From positions 129,019 to 193,018 of IMG/VR virus record IMGVR_UViG_3300017991_000003: a DNA stretch of 64,000 bases. One strand, written 5' to 3'. Source of the stretch: a virus. The translations under genes were made by a program, and so were the position numbers. Below are positions 55,101 through 63,953 of this stretch, one piece after another. Numbering within the stretch: the stretch's first letter is position 1; each line of letters begins with the position of its first letter. The notes under the pieces were generated by a model. The model was not told where the DNA came from and ran no database searches. It worked only from the letters and a program-made list of their open reading frames with translations.

Positions 55101-56359
55101 CCGAGTCGGAGCGTGTGGCTCTGTGGAATAGCGGGAAGGGTCTGGCCCTGGCACCGGCCGAGCTCCAGAGTCGTCTTGTCACCGAGGTGCGCTTCGATGA
55201 GGGCTACGGCTCCACGGCTGTGGACTCGGCCCCGGTCAACTGGACAGAGCCCGTCCAGCTGCAAGGCGCCGCCTCGTGGACTACGGGTCACGTGCTGGCC
55301 TTGGGCGGCTCAGACTTCGGGACGGACGACTACCGCGCGCCCTTCGAGGACAAGGCGCGTAGCTACCTCGTCACCAAGGTCGAGTCGATTCTGGTCGAGG
55401 CCGAGGGCGCCTTCGCCAGCGGCATCCCCTACAACCCCTCGGCCAACCCGGTTGGTAACGGGCTCGGGGACGTGCTGTACCCCTTCTCGGTGTCTGAAGA
55501 CGATCTGATGGAGGGGGATAAGACCATCATGCCGCTCGGCCCGGGCCTCACAGGCCAGTCGGCCACCTTCGATGGTGGGGCGGTGCTTTCTGGGCAGTTC
55601 TGGAACGGCACGTCGAGCGGAGGGCTGTTCTCGACGATCACGATGCGGAACTTCGGATCGCAGCCGTCAGATTGGAACCCGCAGGTGGGCGACGTCTACT
55701 TCCTCCAGTGGGAGAGCTCAGACAACCCCGGCCTGGCCCTCGGATGGTTCCCGGCACGTCTGACCGACATCACGATCGAGACGGGTATCCCGGTGTACCG
55801 CTACTACACCTTCCAGCGGTATGACGGGCGCAAGATCCAGCTGACCCCGGCCGAGTACCAGCAGCTCAGTTACGAGGACGCGTTGTCCGGGGACAAGGGC
55901 ACGATCACGGTCCGCCCGGTCAAGCTCTTTGGCGACGGGGAGCAGGTTGTGGCATCGGAGACCGGTGCCATCACTCCGCAGGCTGTGACCATCTCGGAGA
56001 CCTTCTACAACTCGACGCGCTACTGGGTGGTACGCCGGCTGAGCAACAACCTCGAGCTCGAGGTCAAGGGCGACCTATCCATCCCCACCGGTCAGACTGA
56101 GATCCATGTCGAGGCCACGGGCTATCTGCGCTACGATGATCCTGAGGACAAGATGGACTACGGCGCAGGCGGACACAGTCACCGGGTGGGTGGCGCTCTC
56201 ACGGCTACCGACGATTTGATCCCCAGGATCTCCGAGACCGGTTCCCTGGCGTCCGAGCCCTATCAGGCTGTGGCGCAGGATCACGACCATGGGTTCCAGA
56301 GCGTCTTCCGGTTCCCGCTGCCCAAGTTCCGCCTATTCACGGCCTGCCAGAAGCTCTAG
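52142..56359 (+). CDS. giant tail-fibre/adhesin-like protein (1405 aa) with LamG-like signature
   Basis: ATG at 52142 (TGATG overlap). N-terminal NLLRNGSFSQGVAHWW; LamG_3-like signature (HIDNFRVFDLSSQEMTESERVALWNSG); C-terminal VVLYAGGGTCPPGFKRV, GGHSHRV, QDHDHGF, ending FTACQKL. Confidence 0.6.
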   Translation: MEVNTLNQRNALNLLRNGSFSQGVAHWWGSYLRHKRSSGGQTLGSNAPEYALEVFQAQDTSYPDSVTPGAHQWVDRPDLFTYPSQRLVSGLRLIPFTDDRALLQVVPELTAMDGVVLAEPDAAEIPTYSDIFQHPFVHLEPDGTRVNIEAGSVLPLTDTRRPESSGLYRVGSFLENRNGTGVASDYDPSNYHEYTYHGLEINPLSGGSYKALMTHETSGVVTAAITAEASGLYTVVTISVDKDVVRGLDREQPGYTPELGLAVGDVFTMTEPVLRSGVITQVAISDDQTVVTLIPLANYGDYVVTPFVEDVTPEAWSIYATSVATVRRTMPLYAYDFTLGYTCRINDGYSAPAETSMVARTLSGTGTLVGTGTVGAEIPRIGGKRKIVNLLIDEDTVDGAWQRRLERHFREASAPLEGRIDLSVLPPAGSEDSYPTPTSKLPDSVYWYFFTDLDGELPNLNDPPESIEDTPHFQINIPVDENNLPPAEWLAGNKEFTVTPFGDTSELEEQFSWIIPLLLVPSFTAQAALLEVPDETYPALLKLYVAWDTDEFGAFPSVDGFNIGWNSTVTATWGFNVKGLNGSGARALVSDVFMTHGDQAQRLEKLDDTALPVTGPLTDDVSIDPLRHGVDLLENVIPPGAVVLYAGGGTCPPGFKRVESFPDAAVAGIGSDADLTLTDATVVYDTARDRTKITWTGREFPLYDDDGGVIPIPELALSVSKPIPGIPDSLQEVKFTPSQQVVQPGMAVRVPEFLMDSTITETDPLFSSETLGKAMRAVGGWAQLHRPEEPLFSRLGVELWFQTQSSITTSGDERLSWIFRQAKKVGDDVISWGLLYVTSGTDGGKLEWRVETVGSLGARTDVYRMTTAALPVSGFAGDWMHIIVEFSAPNSGTVGEPGQGVTPDVRITFSDTEDSYGTLIESHNFGVVQAGADLAKGAVLRLGHTPEVDGALGTSSYTDPVTGNLITLAAKHIDNFRVFDLSSQEMTESERVALWNSGKGLALAPAELQSRLVTEVRFDEGYGSTAVDSAPVNWTEPVQLQGAASWTTGHVLALGGSDFGTDDYRAPFEDKARSYLVTKVESILVEAEGAFASGIPYNPSANPVGNGLGDVLYPFSVSEDDLMEGDKTIMPLGPGLTGQSATFDGGAVLSGQFWNGTSSGGLFSTITMRNFGSQPSDWNPQVGDVYFLQWESSDNPGLALGWFPARLTDITIETGIPVYRYYTFQRYDGRKIQLTPAEYQQLSYEDALSGDKGTITVRPVKLFGDGEQVVASETGAITPQAVTISETFYNSTRYWVVRRLSNNLELEVKGDLSIPTGQTEIHVEATGYLRYDDPEDKMDYGAGGHSHRVGGALTATDDLIPRISETGSLASEPYQAVAQDHDHGFQSVFRFPLPKFRLFTACQKL

Positions 56360-56362
56360 GTC

Positions 56363-57481
56363 ATGGCGACTCCAGACGTACCCACGTACCACAACCTCGC
56401 TGCCAGCAGCCGTAGCCGGCTGAATCTGGTGAGCAACGGGGGCTTCACGGCCTACTCCGGGGGGTTGGGCGTCGTGGAGGACACGTTGGCGCTTCGTAAG
56501 GGCGGGGATGCCGAGGTCGTGCGGCAGGATCTGATCGACAAGCGGCTCTACCAGGACGTGAGTGCCTCGTTCTCGGTCCCTGCGGAGGCTGGTGGAGAGA
56601 ACATCCTGGGCCATTGGGACATCTACGGCACCGATGGCGCTCTCGAGGTCGCCCCTGTCGACGACCAGACCGACCAGGTGATCCCTTCGCAGGACGGAGG
56701 CAACCTGATGCGGGTTTCCTTCACGTCCGCGGGCACGATCACCATGGATCAGCGGCTCGAGGACACCGCTCCGCTGCGTGGACAGATCCTGAGCGTCACG
56801 TACACGGGTCGCAGCTTCACTCAATCCGTGCTGGTCGACGCCCAGGTGGTCGTTGACGGCGAGGTGGTCTCCAATCTACAGCAGCAGTCCAAGACCTTCG
56901 GTGCCCGGCGCCGGCCGCTCTTCACAGCGACCATTCCGAGCACTGCCAAGGAGGTCCTGATCCGCTTCGAGCTCTCTGGAGGGCCTGGAAGCGCGGTTGG
57001 ATTCGCTGGAATCGCCGTTTTCCTGGGGGATACGGGCCCGACGGCGGCCTACACCCCTAGCGTGGCTGATCTCACAGTGTCCTCGGGCACGGTGATCCTG
57101 TGGAGTGGTGAGACCTGCCCGGCGGGGTACCGTACCCTGCCTGGGAGCACGGAACGCATGGCCTTGCTCACGGGGGGACCGGCAAACTTTATGTCGGCCG
57201 GGGGCGAGGCCACCTTCACCGGTGGTCAGGACACCCATGATCACCACCCTGATGGGGCCGCAGATACTCTGGAAGCCCCTTTGACAAGCGCACACGACAC
57301 CGACACGCCGATCCCCTTCGAGAAGCAGACCGCGGTCCACGGTGTGGAGTTCGGATCTCAGGATCAGTACCCCGGTGAGAAGCCCGTGTACGCTCTAGGC
57401 GTCGAGCACACCCACAAGACGCGCTCGGACATGACGTCGATCCCACCCTGCTTCCCGGTGCGCTACTGCGTCAAGATCTGA
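56363..57481 (+). CDS. tail-fibre/receptor-binding-like protein (372 aa), paralog set member
   Basis: N-terminal SRLNLVSNGGFTAYSG; C-terminal VILWSGETCPAGYRTLPG, DTHDHHPDG, EHTHKT, ending VRYCVKI. Confidence 0.55.
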   Translation: MATPDVPTYHNLAASSRSRLNLVSNGGFTAYSGGLGVVEDTLALRKGGDAEVVRQDLIDKRLYQDVSASFSVPAEAGGENILGHWDIYGTDGALEVAPVDDQTDQVIPSQDGGNLMRVSFTSAGTITMDQRLEDTAPLRGQILSVTYTGRSFTQSVLVDAQVVVDGEVVSNLQQQSKTFGARRRPLFTATIPSTAKEVLIRFELSGGPGSAVGFAGIAVFLGDTGPTAAYTPSVADLTVSSGTVILWSGETCPAGYRTLPGSTERMALLTGGPANFMSAGGEATFTGGQDTHDHHPDGAADTLEAPLTSAHDTDTPIPFEKQTAVHGVEFGSQDQYPGEKPVYALGVEHTHKTRSDMTSIPPCFPVRYCVKI

Positions 57482-57750
57482 TGGCCCGTCCTGCTGTAAC
57501 CCTCTACTACCAGAGCAACTGCGGTTTCTGCCCAGATGCGATTGAGGGGTGTGCGGGCCTCGTAGAAGCCCTGGGTGCTCCTATCCTTATTCGTAAGCCG
57601 ACTTTGCAGGAAATGAAGTCCGGGCAGATCCCTGGCTATCCCGCCCTGTTCGTGCCGGCTGGGGTCCGAGGCCTCACCCGCCCCTATCTCCTGGTAGGTG
57701 CGGCCCTCCCCGACCTCCTTGACCAGTTGCTGAGCTCCACGGATGGCTGA
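57481..57750 (+). CDS. glutaredoxin/thioredoxin-fold protein (89 aa)
   Basis: VTLYYQSNCGFCPDAIEG has a CxxC active-site motif at the position expected after beta-strand 1; 1-nt overlap upstream and 8-nt overlap downstream. Confidence 0.5.
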   Translation: MARPAVTLYYQSNCGFCPDAIEGCAGLVEALGAPILIRKPTLQEMKSGQIPGYPALFVPAGVRGLTRPYLLVGAALPDLLDQLLSSTDG

Positions 57751-60700
57751 CCTCCGGATTCTCACCGAACTCCTTCCCCTGGCCTTCGCCGGCGAGGCGT
57801 ACTCTGTGCGCCTTCAGGCGCGGGGCGGGACCGCTCCGTACACCTGGTCGGTTCAGTCGGGCACCCTGTTCACCGGGATGTCGCTGGATTCGAGCACTGG
57901 AGAGCTCACCGCGGCTGCCAGCGCGCTACTAGGTACCGAGGTAGGGGATCGTACGATCACGTTCCGCGTCACGGACAGCCTAGCGGCTACGCATGACCTC
58001 GAGGTGACGCTGACGCTGCGCCCGGCGAACTACCGCCGAGCCACGGCGCTCATGCTGGACCCGCGCCTGGAGCGCATGCTGTCCATCTGGGATGTCGGCG
58101 TGGCCACCCGCGCTCAGATCACGGCACACTTCGCCCAAGGGCCGAAGTTCACCAGCATCACGCCGGCGGGGACATTCAAAGAGGACGTCTGCGTTCACTA
58201 CGCGGACCAGATCTGCTACGGCCAGACTCCCGCCAGCCCCGCGAGCCCCGGTGCGAGCCCCGGCCAGACGGTCTGGGACAAGATCCAAGAGCTCGATGGC
58301 GGCGGTAAGGTCCTCGCCGAGCCCAAGATCATCACGGTCAGCGCCTACAGCTCGACCGAGATCAATACGAGCCCGCAAGAGGTGGTGGGTTTTGGGCCTG
58401 ACGACGATCTCTTGGGCGAGGGCCTGGGTGTGCGCGTCGTCGGTATGGACGAGGGTCCGGTCTACGGTAGCCCTGAGAACACGCTGGGCTATTTCGCCCT
58501 GGGCCAGCGCTTCACGCTTCCGGCTGAGGCGAGCCCCTCGAGCGTCACCCTGTACCTCAACCGGTTCAGCAGCCCCGCCAGTCCGGGTAACCTGACCGTC
58601 GGCCTGTCGCTGGCGAGCCCGGGTAACATCCAGATCCCCGCTGGTTCGTCCTACGCTGCGTTCGGCGACGGCTCCGCGGTGGTGGCCTCCGGTACGCTGA
58701 GCCTTGCGACGGTCTCGAGCGACGCCTCCCGAACCAGCTGGACCTCGGCGCACGCCTACGACATCCCCCTCACGCTTCAGAGCCCTTTCACGGGTCTGGA
58801 TGCGAACCGCAACTACTACCTGACGATCGCTGCTGACTTCGCCGGCAGCCCGTTCCTGGAGATTGCGGCCAGTGTGGACGACGTGACGAGCCTTGTGGCG
58901 GGCAGCGAGGCCATCGCCCTCACCACGGCCTTCGCCACCTCGAGCCCGTACTACAGCCCCACCTCGGCGGCGAGTCCTGCCCTCAAGGCGCCCTTCGAGC
59001 TTGCTACTAGCCCGCAAAACGTGACCGGGTTGGCCTTCGGTCTCAACGCTGGCTGGACCGGTGCGACTGTCGGCATCGTCACGCTTGCCGAGGTGGATCC
59101 CTACTCCGGGAGCCCGGCGACCAACGACCGGTACTGGGTGGGTGAATCCACGGCCACGGCCGCCGATGTGCGGGCCATGGCCTTCCAGTTGATCGACGGC
59201 TACGACCGCACCGGCTCGAGCCCGGTCCTGGACAAGACCAACTTCAACGAGTACGTCGATGCGTACGGCAACCAAGCCAGCATCGTCGAGGCTCAAACCA
59301 CCGCAGGGGCTGAGATCAACCCCAGCGGCGGTGGACAGACAGACGCCGACGGCTTTCTCTCGTCCGGTGGCGCGAAGCTCAGGGTCCAACTTCTTCCCAA
59401 CTCTCGCGGTACTGTTCCTGAGCTTCCCTTCCGAGTGCTTGCGGGAAGCCGTCGGCTGCTTTCCAACCTAGGCGCGGACAGCCTGATCCGCACCGCCAAC
59501 AAGACCGGCTCGACCGATGCTGAGGTCCTGGCGGCGCTGAACCTCACGAGCGCTTCCAACCCGCTTCTCAGTCTCAGCCAGACGCTCAAGCCTGACTCCT
59601 CGGGCAACCTGGAGCTCACGGTCAACAGCGGTGCGTTGGCGTGGAACCTGAACCCCGGCTCCTACACGGCTGAGCTTCAGTTCAACGCCCAGCTCCGGGC
59701 GGCGGCTCTTGGAAGCCCCTCCGGCTCGGTCGACTTCGACAGCAACGGTGTTCTGACTCTGGACGCGGCGGACAGCACGATCACGCTGACACCGGTTCCC
59801 GGTTCCAACAAGATCCAGATCGCTGCCCAGGTCGGCATCACGACCCTCAACACCGTCGACCCCGACGGCTCGGGCAACCTGACCCTGGTGGCGGACGAGG
59901 ACTCGAGCCACGCAGGCCAGACCTTCATCACGGTCTCGGCTGGCTCGGCCCCCAACACCGTCGAGATCGGCACCGCCATTCCGGACGCCACGACCAGCCT
60001 CGCTGGTCTGCTCTCCACCACGGACAAGCAACGCCTGGACGCGCTGTACGCTGGTAGCGACGACGTGACGACGGCAGGCACTGGTGCGCTGGCTGGTGGT
60101 CATGCCCACGAGGCCACTGCGCTCAACCTGGGCCGCACGCTGACCGGCTATTCGACGCTCCTGAGCTCGATGAACATCGCCGATGCGCTCGAGGCCCTGA
60201 ACATGGTGCTCTACGCCCAGTTCAGCCCGGCGTCCGAGGCTCCGAACCTCGCCACGGCGACCACGAGCTTCTCGGCCTTTGCTACCGGCTACCTAGCGGA
60301 CGACTCGAGCACCATCGACTACTCGAGCCCCGGCTACGCGGCTGGTGATCTAGTCACCACGCTGGTCGAGAGCACCGCTGCGACGGTCTTCACGGTCACC
60401 AGCGCCCCCTTCGGTAACCCGGGCAACTCCGGTACGGTCAAGGCCCAGCTCTATGACAGCCCCGGCGCTACGAGCCCTTGGGTCACGCTAGACACCATCG
60501 ATCTGGACCAGACCTACTCGAACTCCCTGTCGGCGATCGGAGGCAGCCCGCCGAACTACACGTCGGTGGCGAGCCACATGCAGGCCAACCCGCTCAACGA
60601 GGCGGGCAGCCCGACCACCAAGATCAGCTTCCAGGCGGTCTCCTATAGTGGCCTGAGCACGGCCGGCGCCCCTGTCTTCCAGCTCCAGGTCAAGACGACC

Positions 60701-62281
60701 CCGGTGCTGTCGGACATGCAGAACGCGCTTGGCTACAACCAGGTGCGCCTGTTCCAGGACACCGGTGCGACGACCCATGCCTCGACCGCGGTCACGCTGG
60801 TCAAGGACAACTACCAGGGTGTGAGCGATCCGATCATCAACCAGTCGGACCTCGTACCGCTCTCGAGCGTCACTCCCGTGTGGGTCAGTGGTGTGCCGCA
60901 CTACGCCGCGGCGACCGATCCGGCTTTCCGCGTGGATGCGGACAGCTTGTTCGACATCGCGTACATCCAGCAGCCTGTGCGGGTCTGGGATACGGCGGAC
61001 AGCCCGACCGAGATCACGTTCAACTACTACGATGCGGCTGCTGCCAGCCCGTCGGACGCTACCTGGATCCCGAGCCCCTCGACGCCCTTCCGTCTGGGTG
61101 TCGTGGGTGAGCCGTATGCGGTGACCGCTGAGGACATGACCTTCCTGGTCGGTACCGATGAGGTCTCGAGCCGGCTCCTGACCCTGGAAGTCTCCGATCC
61201 GCACGGCGTCCAAGCCTCCCAGGCCTTCGCCTACTTCGATGCGGCGTCCAGCCCGGGCCGCCTGATGCACTTGGGTCGTGGCGGCCTCTCGAGCGGCAAC
61301 CTGACGACCGAGTACTTCACCAACGAGAAGTACCGCCTGGACATCAATGACTACGCCGGGGTCGACTTCGCAAGCCCCGTGGCTAGCCCGAGCTTCACGT
61401 CGATCACCGTCCAGCCCTCTGGCAACGGCACGACCGATGCGGACACCTACGGCTGGCCCAACGAGTACGCGCTGACCACCTTCTCGGCCACGAACACCTG
61501 GAACGCGACGACCGGTAGCCCCAGCGCCGAGTTCCGAAGCGGTGTGAGTGTGACCTACGCGGCTGGTACTCTCAGCAGCCTGCCTGCTGCGGTGACCGAC
61601 TTGGGTCTTGTGCACCCTGGCTACTGCTCGCTCTACAACTTCGACGAGAACCTGTACGCCCCGGCGGCTGCGAGTCCCTACAACACGTACGCGGCCCACA
61701 GCAGCCCGCTGGGCTACTACGACGCTTACAGCGCGCAGGGCTCGGTGGTCTACCACCGCCTCTTCCAGAGCTCGACGGCCACCAACCAAGGGCGTCTCAG
61801 GATCTACGGCTACAAGCGCGGTACGGCCAGCCCGACGCCGACGGTCCTCTCCTATGAGAACGTCGGCAGTCCGATCACGCTGAGCGACTTCACGGGATCC
61901 TTCCTCAATGTCGGCCCGGCTTCGAGCCCGACCCCGACGATGAGCGGTATCAGCCTTGAGGTCAAGTTCCCGAGCGCCACCAAGACGCCCAAGGACAACC
62001 CTGGCGCGACTGGCTGGCTCGACATGCTGACGACCCCCGGCTCGAGCCTCTACGCGCTCGGCGAGGACGGCTACGGGTGCGCTGACACCTCGGTCCACAG
62101 CCCCGGCATGGTCCAGGGCGCTGGCTACGTGGATGTCTACTGGCGCTCCGGCTCCTTCACCACCGGCCTGAGCAGCAACCAGGCGGTGGTTCGTGTGGGC
62201 ATCCACGACAAGGAGTGGGTGATCACCAACATGCAGATGCTCAACCAGAGCACGGACACCCCCTGGACCAACGGCGCCTGA
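57743..62281 (+). CDS. giant fibre/adhesin-like protein (1512 aa)
   Basis: Single 4.5-kb open frame; Ser/Thr/Ala/Gly/Pro-rich with many ASP/SPxSP motifs; antisense ORFs inside are artefacts. Confidence 0.6.
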   Translation: MADLRILTELLPLAFAGEAYSVRLQARGGTAPYTWSVQSGTLFTGMSLDSSTGELTAAASALLGTEVGDRTITFRVTDSLAATHDLEVTLTLRPANYRRATALMLDPRLERMLSIWDVGVATRAQITAHFAQGPKFTSITPAGTFKEDVCVHYADQICYGQTPASPASPGASPGQTVWDKIQELDGGGKVLAEPKIITVSAYSSTEINTSPQEVVGFGPDDDLLGEGLGVRVVGMDEGPVYGSPENTLGYFALGQRFTLPAEASPSSVTLYLNRFSSPASPGNLTVGLSLASPGNIQIPAGSSYAAFGDGSAVVASGTLSLATVSSDASRTSWTSAHAYDIPLTLQSPFTGLDANRNYYLTIAADFAGSPFLEIAASVDDVTSLVAGSEAIALTTAFATSSPYYSPTSAASPALKAPFELATSPQNVTGLAFGLNAGWTGATVGIVTLAEVDPYSGSPATNDRYWVGESTATAADVRAMAFQLIDGYDRTGSSPVLDKTNFNEYVDAYGNQASIVEAQTTAGAEINPSGGGQTDADGFLSSGGAKLRVQLLPNSRGTVPELPFRVLAGSRRLLSNLGADSLIRTANKTGSTDAEVLAALNLTSASNPLLSLSQTLKPDSSGNLELTVNSGALAWNLNPGSYTAELQFNAQLRAAALGSPSGSVDFDSNGVLTLDAADSTITLTPVPGSNKIQIAAQVGITTLNTVDPDGSGNLTLVADEDSSHAGQTFITVSAGSAPNTVEIGTAIPDATTSLAGLLSTTDKQRLDALYAGSDDVTTAGTGALAGGHAHEATALNLGRTLTGYSTLLSSMNIADALEALNMVLYAQFSPASEAPNLATATTSFSAFATGYLADDSSTIDYSSPGYAAGDLVTTLVESTAATVFTVTSAPFGNPGNSGTVKAQLYDSPGATSPWVTLDTIDLDQTYSNSLSAIGGSPPNYTSVASHMQANPLNEAGSPTTKISFQAVSYSGLSTAGAPVFQLQVKTTPVLSDMQNALGYNQVRLFQDTGATTHASTAVTLVKDNYQGVSDPIINQSDLVPLSSVTPVWVSGVPHYAAATDPAFRVDADSLFDIAYIQQPVRVWDTADSPTEITFNYYDAAAASPSDATWIPSPSTPFRLGVVGEPYAVTAEDMTFLVGTDEVSSRLLTLEVSDPHGVQASQAFAYFDAASSPGRLMHLGRGGLSSGNLTTEYFTNEKYRLDINDYAGVDFASPVASPSFTSITVQPSGNGTTDADTYGWPNEYALTTFSATNTWNATTGSPSAEFRSGVSVTYAAGTLSSLPAAVTDLGLVHPGYCSLYNFDENLYAPAAASPYNTYAAHSSPLGYYDAYSAQGSVVYHRLFQSSTATNQGRLRIYGYKRGTASPTPTVLSYENVGSPITLSDFTGSFLNVGPASSPTPTMSGISLEVKFPSATKTPKDNPGATGWLDMLTTPGSSLYALGEDGYGCADTSVHSPGMVQGAGYVDVYWRSGSFTTGLSSNQAVVRVGIHDKEWVITNMQMLNQSTDTPWTNGA

Positions 62282-62284
62282 TCA

Positions 62285-62306
62285 CTGACACTGCTGGCCA
62301 GTGCCA
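62285..62306 (+). repeat. inverted-repeat element copy C (CTGACACTGc-tgg-CCAGTGCCA) immediately after the 1512-aa ORF
   Basis: Begins 3 nt after the TGA at 62279-62281. Read in the upstream gene's frame, the post-stop sequence encodes SLTLLASASYQPS then TGA. Confidence 0.5.
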
Positions 62307-62349
62307 GCTATCAACCCTCTTGATATCCTCCGGATATACCGAAAACGCT

Positions 62350-62580
62350 ATGAAACACGTTGATCAACTCCTCTTCGGCTTCGTCGACGGTCTGGAGAAG
62401 CTAGCTCTAGATGAAGACGGCGGCTCCGACACCATGATGCCTCCCTCGACCAAGACCATGGGCGAGGAGAAGGAGTCCAAGCTCAAGCGCAAGAAGCGCA
62501 AGCAAGAGGACGAGATGAAGGGCAAGCAGACCAAGGAGACCGAGGTCGAGGACGAGGAGGAGCGTGGCGACGATGACTGA
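62350..62580 (+). CDS. small highly charged Lys/Glu-rich protein (76 aa)
   Basis: Internal ATG (MKHVDQLLFGFVDGLEKL...) of track ORF 62215..62580; preceded by palindrome ATATCC-tcc-GGATAT. Confidence 0.45.
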   Translation: MKHVDQLLFGFVDGLEKLALDEDGGSDTMMPPSTKTMGEEKESKLKRKKRKQEDEMKGKQTKETEVEDEEERGDDD

Positions 62581-63010
62581 TCACGACAAGCAGAAGGCCA
62601 AGAAAGACGCCTATCGAGGTGCCGCAGGCGCCGTTGGTGGGGCAGGCCTAGCCGCCGCGAGCTGGAAGGGTCTTTCCAAGCTGTACGAGAGCGGGCGGGT
62701 CGGGAAAACCATGCAGCGCGGTATGCGGGGCTTCTCCCCAAAGAAGCGGAGAGCCGCGATGGCCGCTGTGATGACTGCTGGGGCTGTGGACGGTACTCGG
62801 TGGGCTGCTCGTCAAGCGGCCAAGGACAGCGAGAAGACCGCTGCCCTACTCGAAGGCTTCCTCTCCAAGCTGGCCGAGGCCGTGGGGGAGGAGGAGACGA
62901 CTGAGTCCGTGACCGAAGGCGCTCCTACTACGCCAGAGCCTGAGAAGGCCAAGCCGAGTGAGGATCCCGCCGCGCTCGAGAAGCTGAAGAAGCAGAAGAA
63001 GGCCAAGTAA
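62573..63010 (+). CDS. Lys/Ala-rich basic protein (145 aa)
   Basis: ATG at 62573 (alternative GTG at 62564); C-terminal KKQKKAK; composition similar to 15711..16778. Confidence 0.45.
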   Translation: MTDHDKQKAKKDAYRGAAGAVGGAGLAAASWKGLSKLYESGRVGKTMQRGMRGFSPKKRRAAMAAVMTAGAVDGTRWAARQAAKDSEKTAALLEGFLSKLAEAVGEEETTESVTEGAPTTPEPEKAKPSEDPAALEKLKKQKKAK

Positions 63011-63023
63011 CCTTTCATAACCC

Positions 63024-63953
63024 ATGGCCCTGTCCGACCTTACGCTTGAGTCCTATGTCACGAGCCTCATCAAGAGGGCTCAGGGGCAGGGGCATACCTC
63101 GGAGTCTTTCGGGCTCTACGAGGACCCTGCTCCGCGGGGTGGTGCTGGGTCGACGATCCCGAGTCACCCGGTCCTGCACGCCAACCAGATCATCGGCGAG
63201 ACCCTGGTTCTTCCCCCGCCGGATCTGGGGCACCTGGGCGACAACGGGACCATCAAGCAGTTCGGCAACCAGTTCGTGACGACGCCCTGCGTCTGCCTGT
63301 CCCTGACAGAGCTGACGACGGTGGGGGACAGCCGGGCATGGCTGGCTCTAGACGGTACGGACTTCACCACGGATGAGCTGTGGGCGCTCAAGGACCCGGG
63401 CGTGGGGTTCCTCGATGCGTGGGTCAACGGTGATGTCGACCCCTCCACGGTCGCCAACGCCAACGGGGAGACCTACAAGGCGCGGTTCTGGTGGGGGGAT
63501 CCTGAGCCCATCAATGAGATCGACTTCGCGGTCCACCCCAGCAAGCCCTTCTGGGATCCCAGCACGGGCATCTTGGTCTGGGCCAAGGGCAGCCCCTACG
63601 ATTCGATCATCGCCCCGGGCTCGACCCTGTGGTTCTCGGGGTACCTCTACACGGGCTCGACGGTCAAGGATCTCCTGAACGCCGCTGGGGGTACGGGAAA
63701 CCCCTGGACGCGCGTGATCGGCTGCATCAACGGCGGCACAGCCGGCGTAGGCATCCAAGGTACGGGTGTGACCTACGACCTCTCGACCGAGGTCATCAAC
63801 ACGTCCACGGCGCTGGTGTTCCAAAACGGCCTTTTGCTCAAGCCGACGGCCGACTACACCTTCCCGACCACCACCTCCATTCGTTTTACCCAGACTCGGC
63901 GTCTGCTGGCGGGCAACGACGAGATCCAGATCCAGTACGAGGTGGCGTCCTGA
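63024..63953 (+). CDS. hypothetical structural protein (309 aa)
   Basis: Complete ORF; Gly/Thr/Trp-rich beta-type composition; last complete gene in the window. Confidence 0.5.
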   Translation: MALSDLTLESYVTSLIKRAQGQGHTSESFGLYEDPAPRGGAGSTIPSHPVLHANQIIGETLVLPPPDLGHLGDNGTIKQFGNQFVTTPCVCLSLTELTTVGDSRAWLALDGTDFTTDELWALKDPGVGFLDAWVNGDVDPSTVANANGETYKARFWWGDPEPINEIDFAVHPSKPFWDPSTGILVWAKGSPYDSIIAPGSTLWFSGYLYTGSTVKDLLNAAGGTGNPWTRVIGCINGGTAGVGIQGTGVTYDLSTEVINTSTALVFQNGLLLKPTADYTFPTTTSIRFTQTRRLLAGNDEIQIQYEVAS

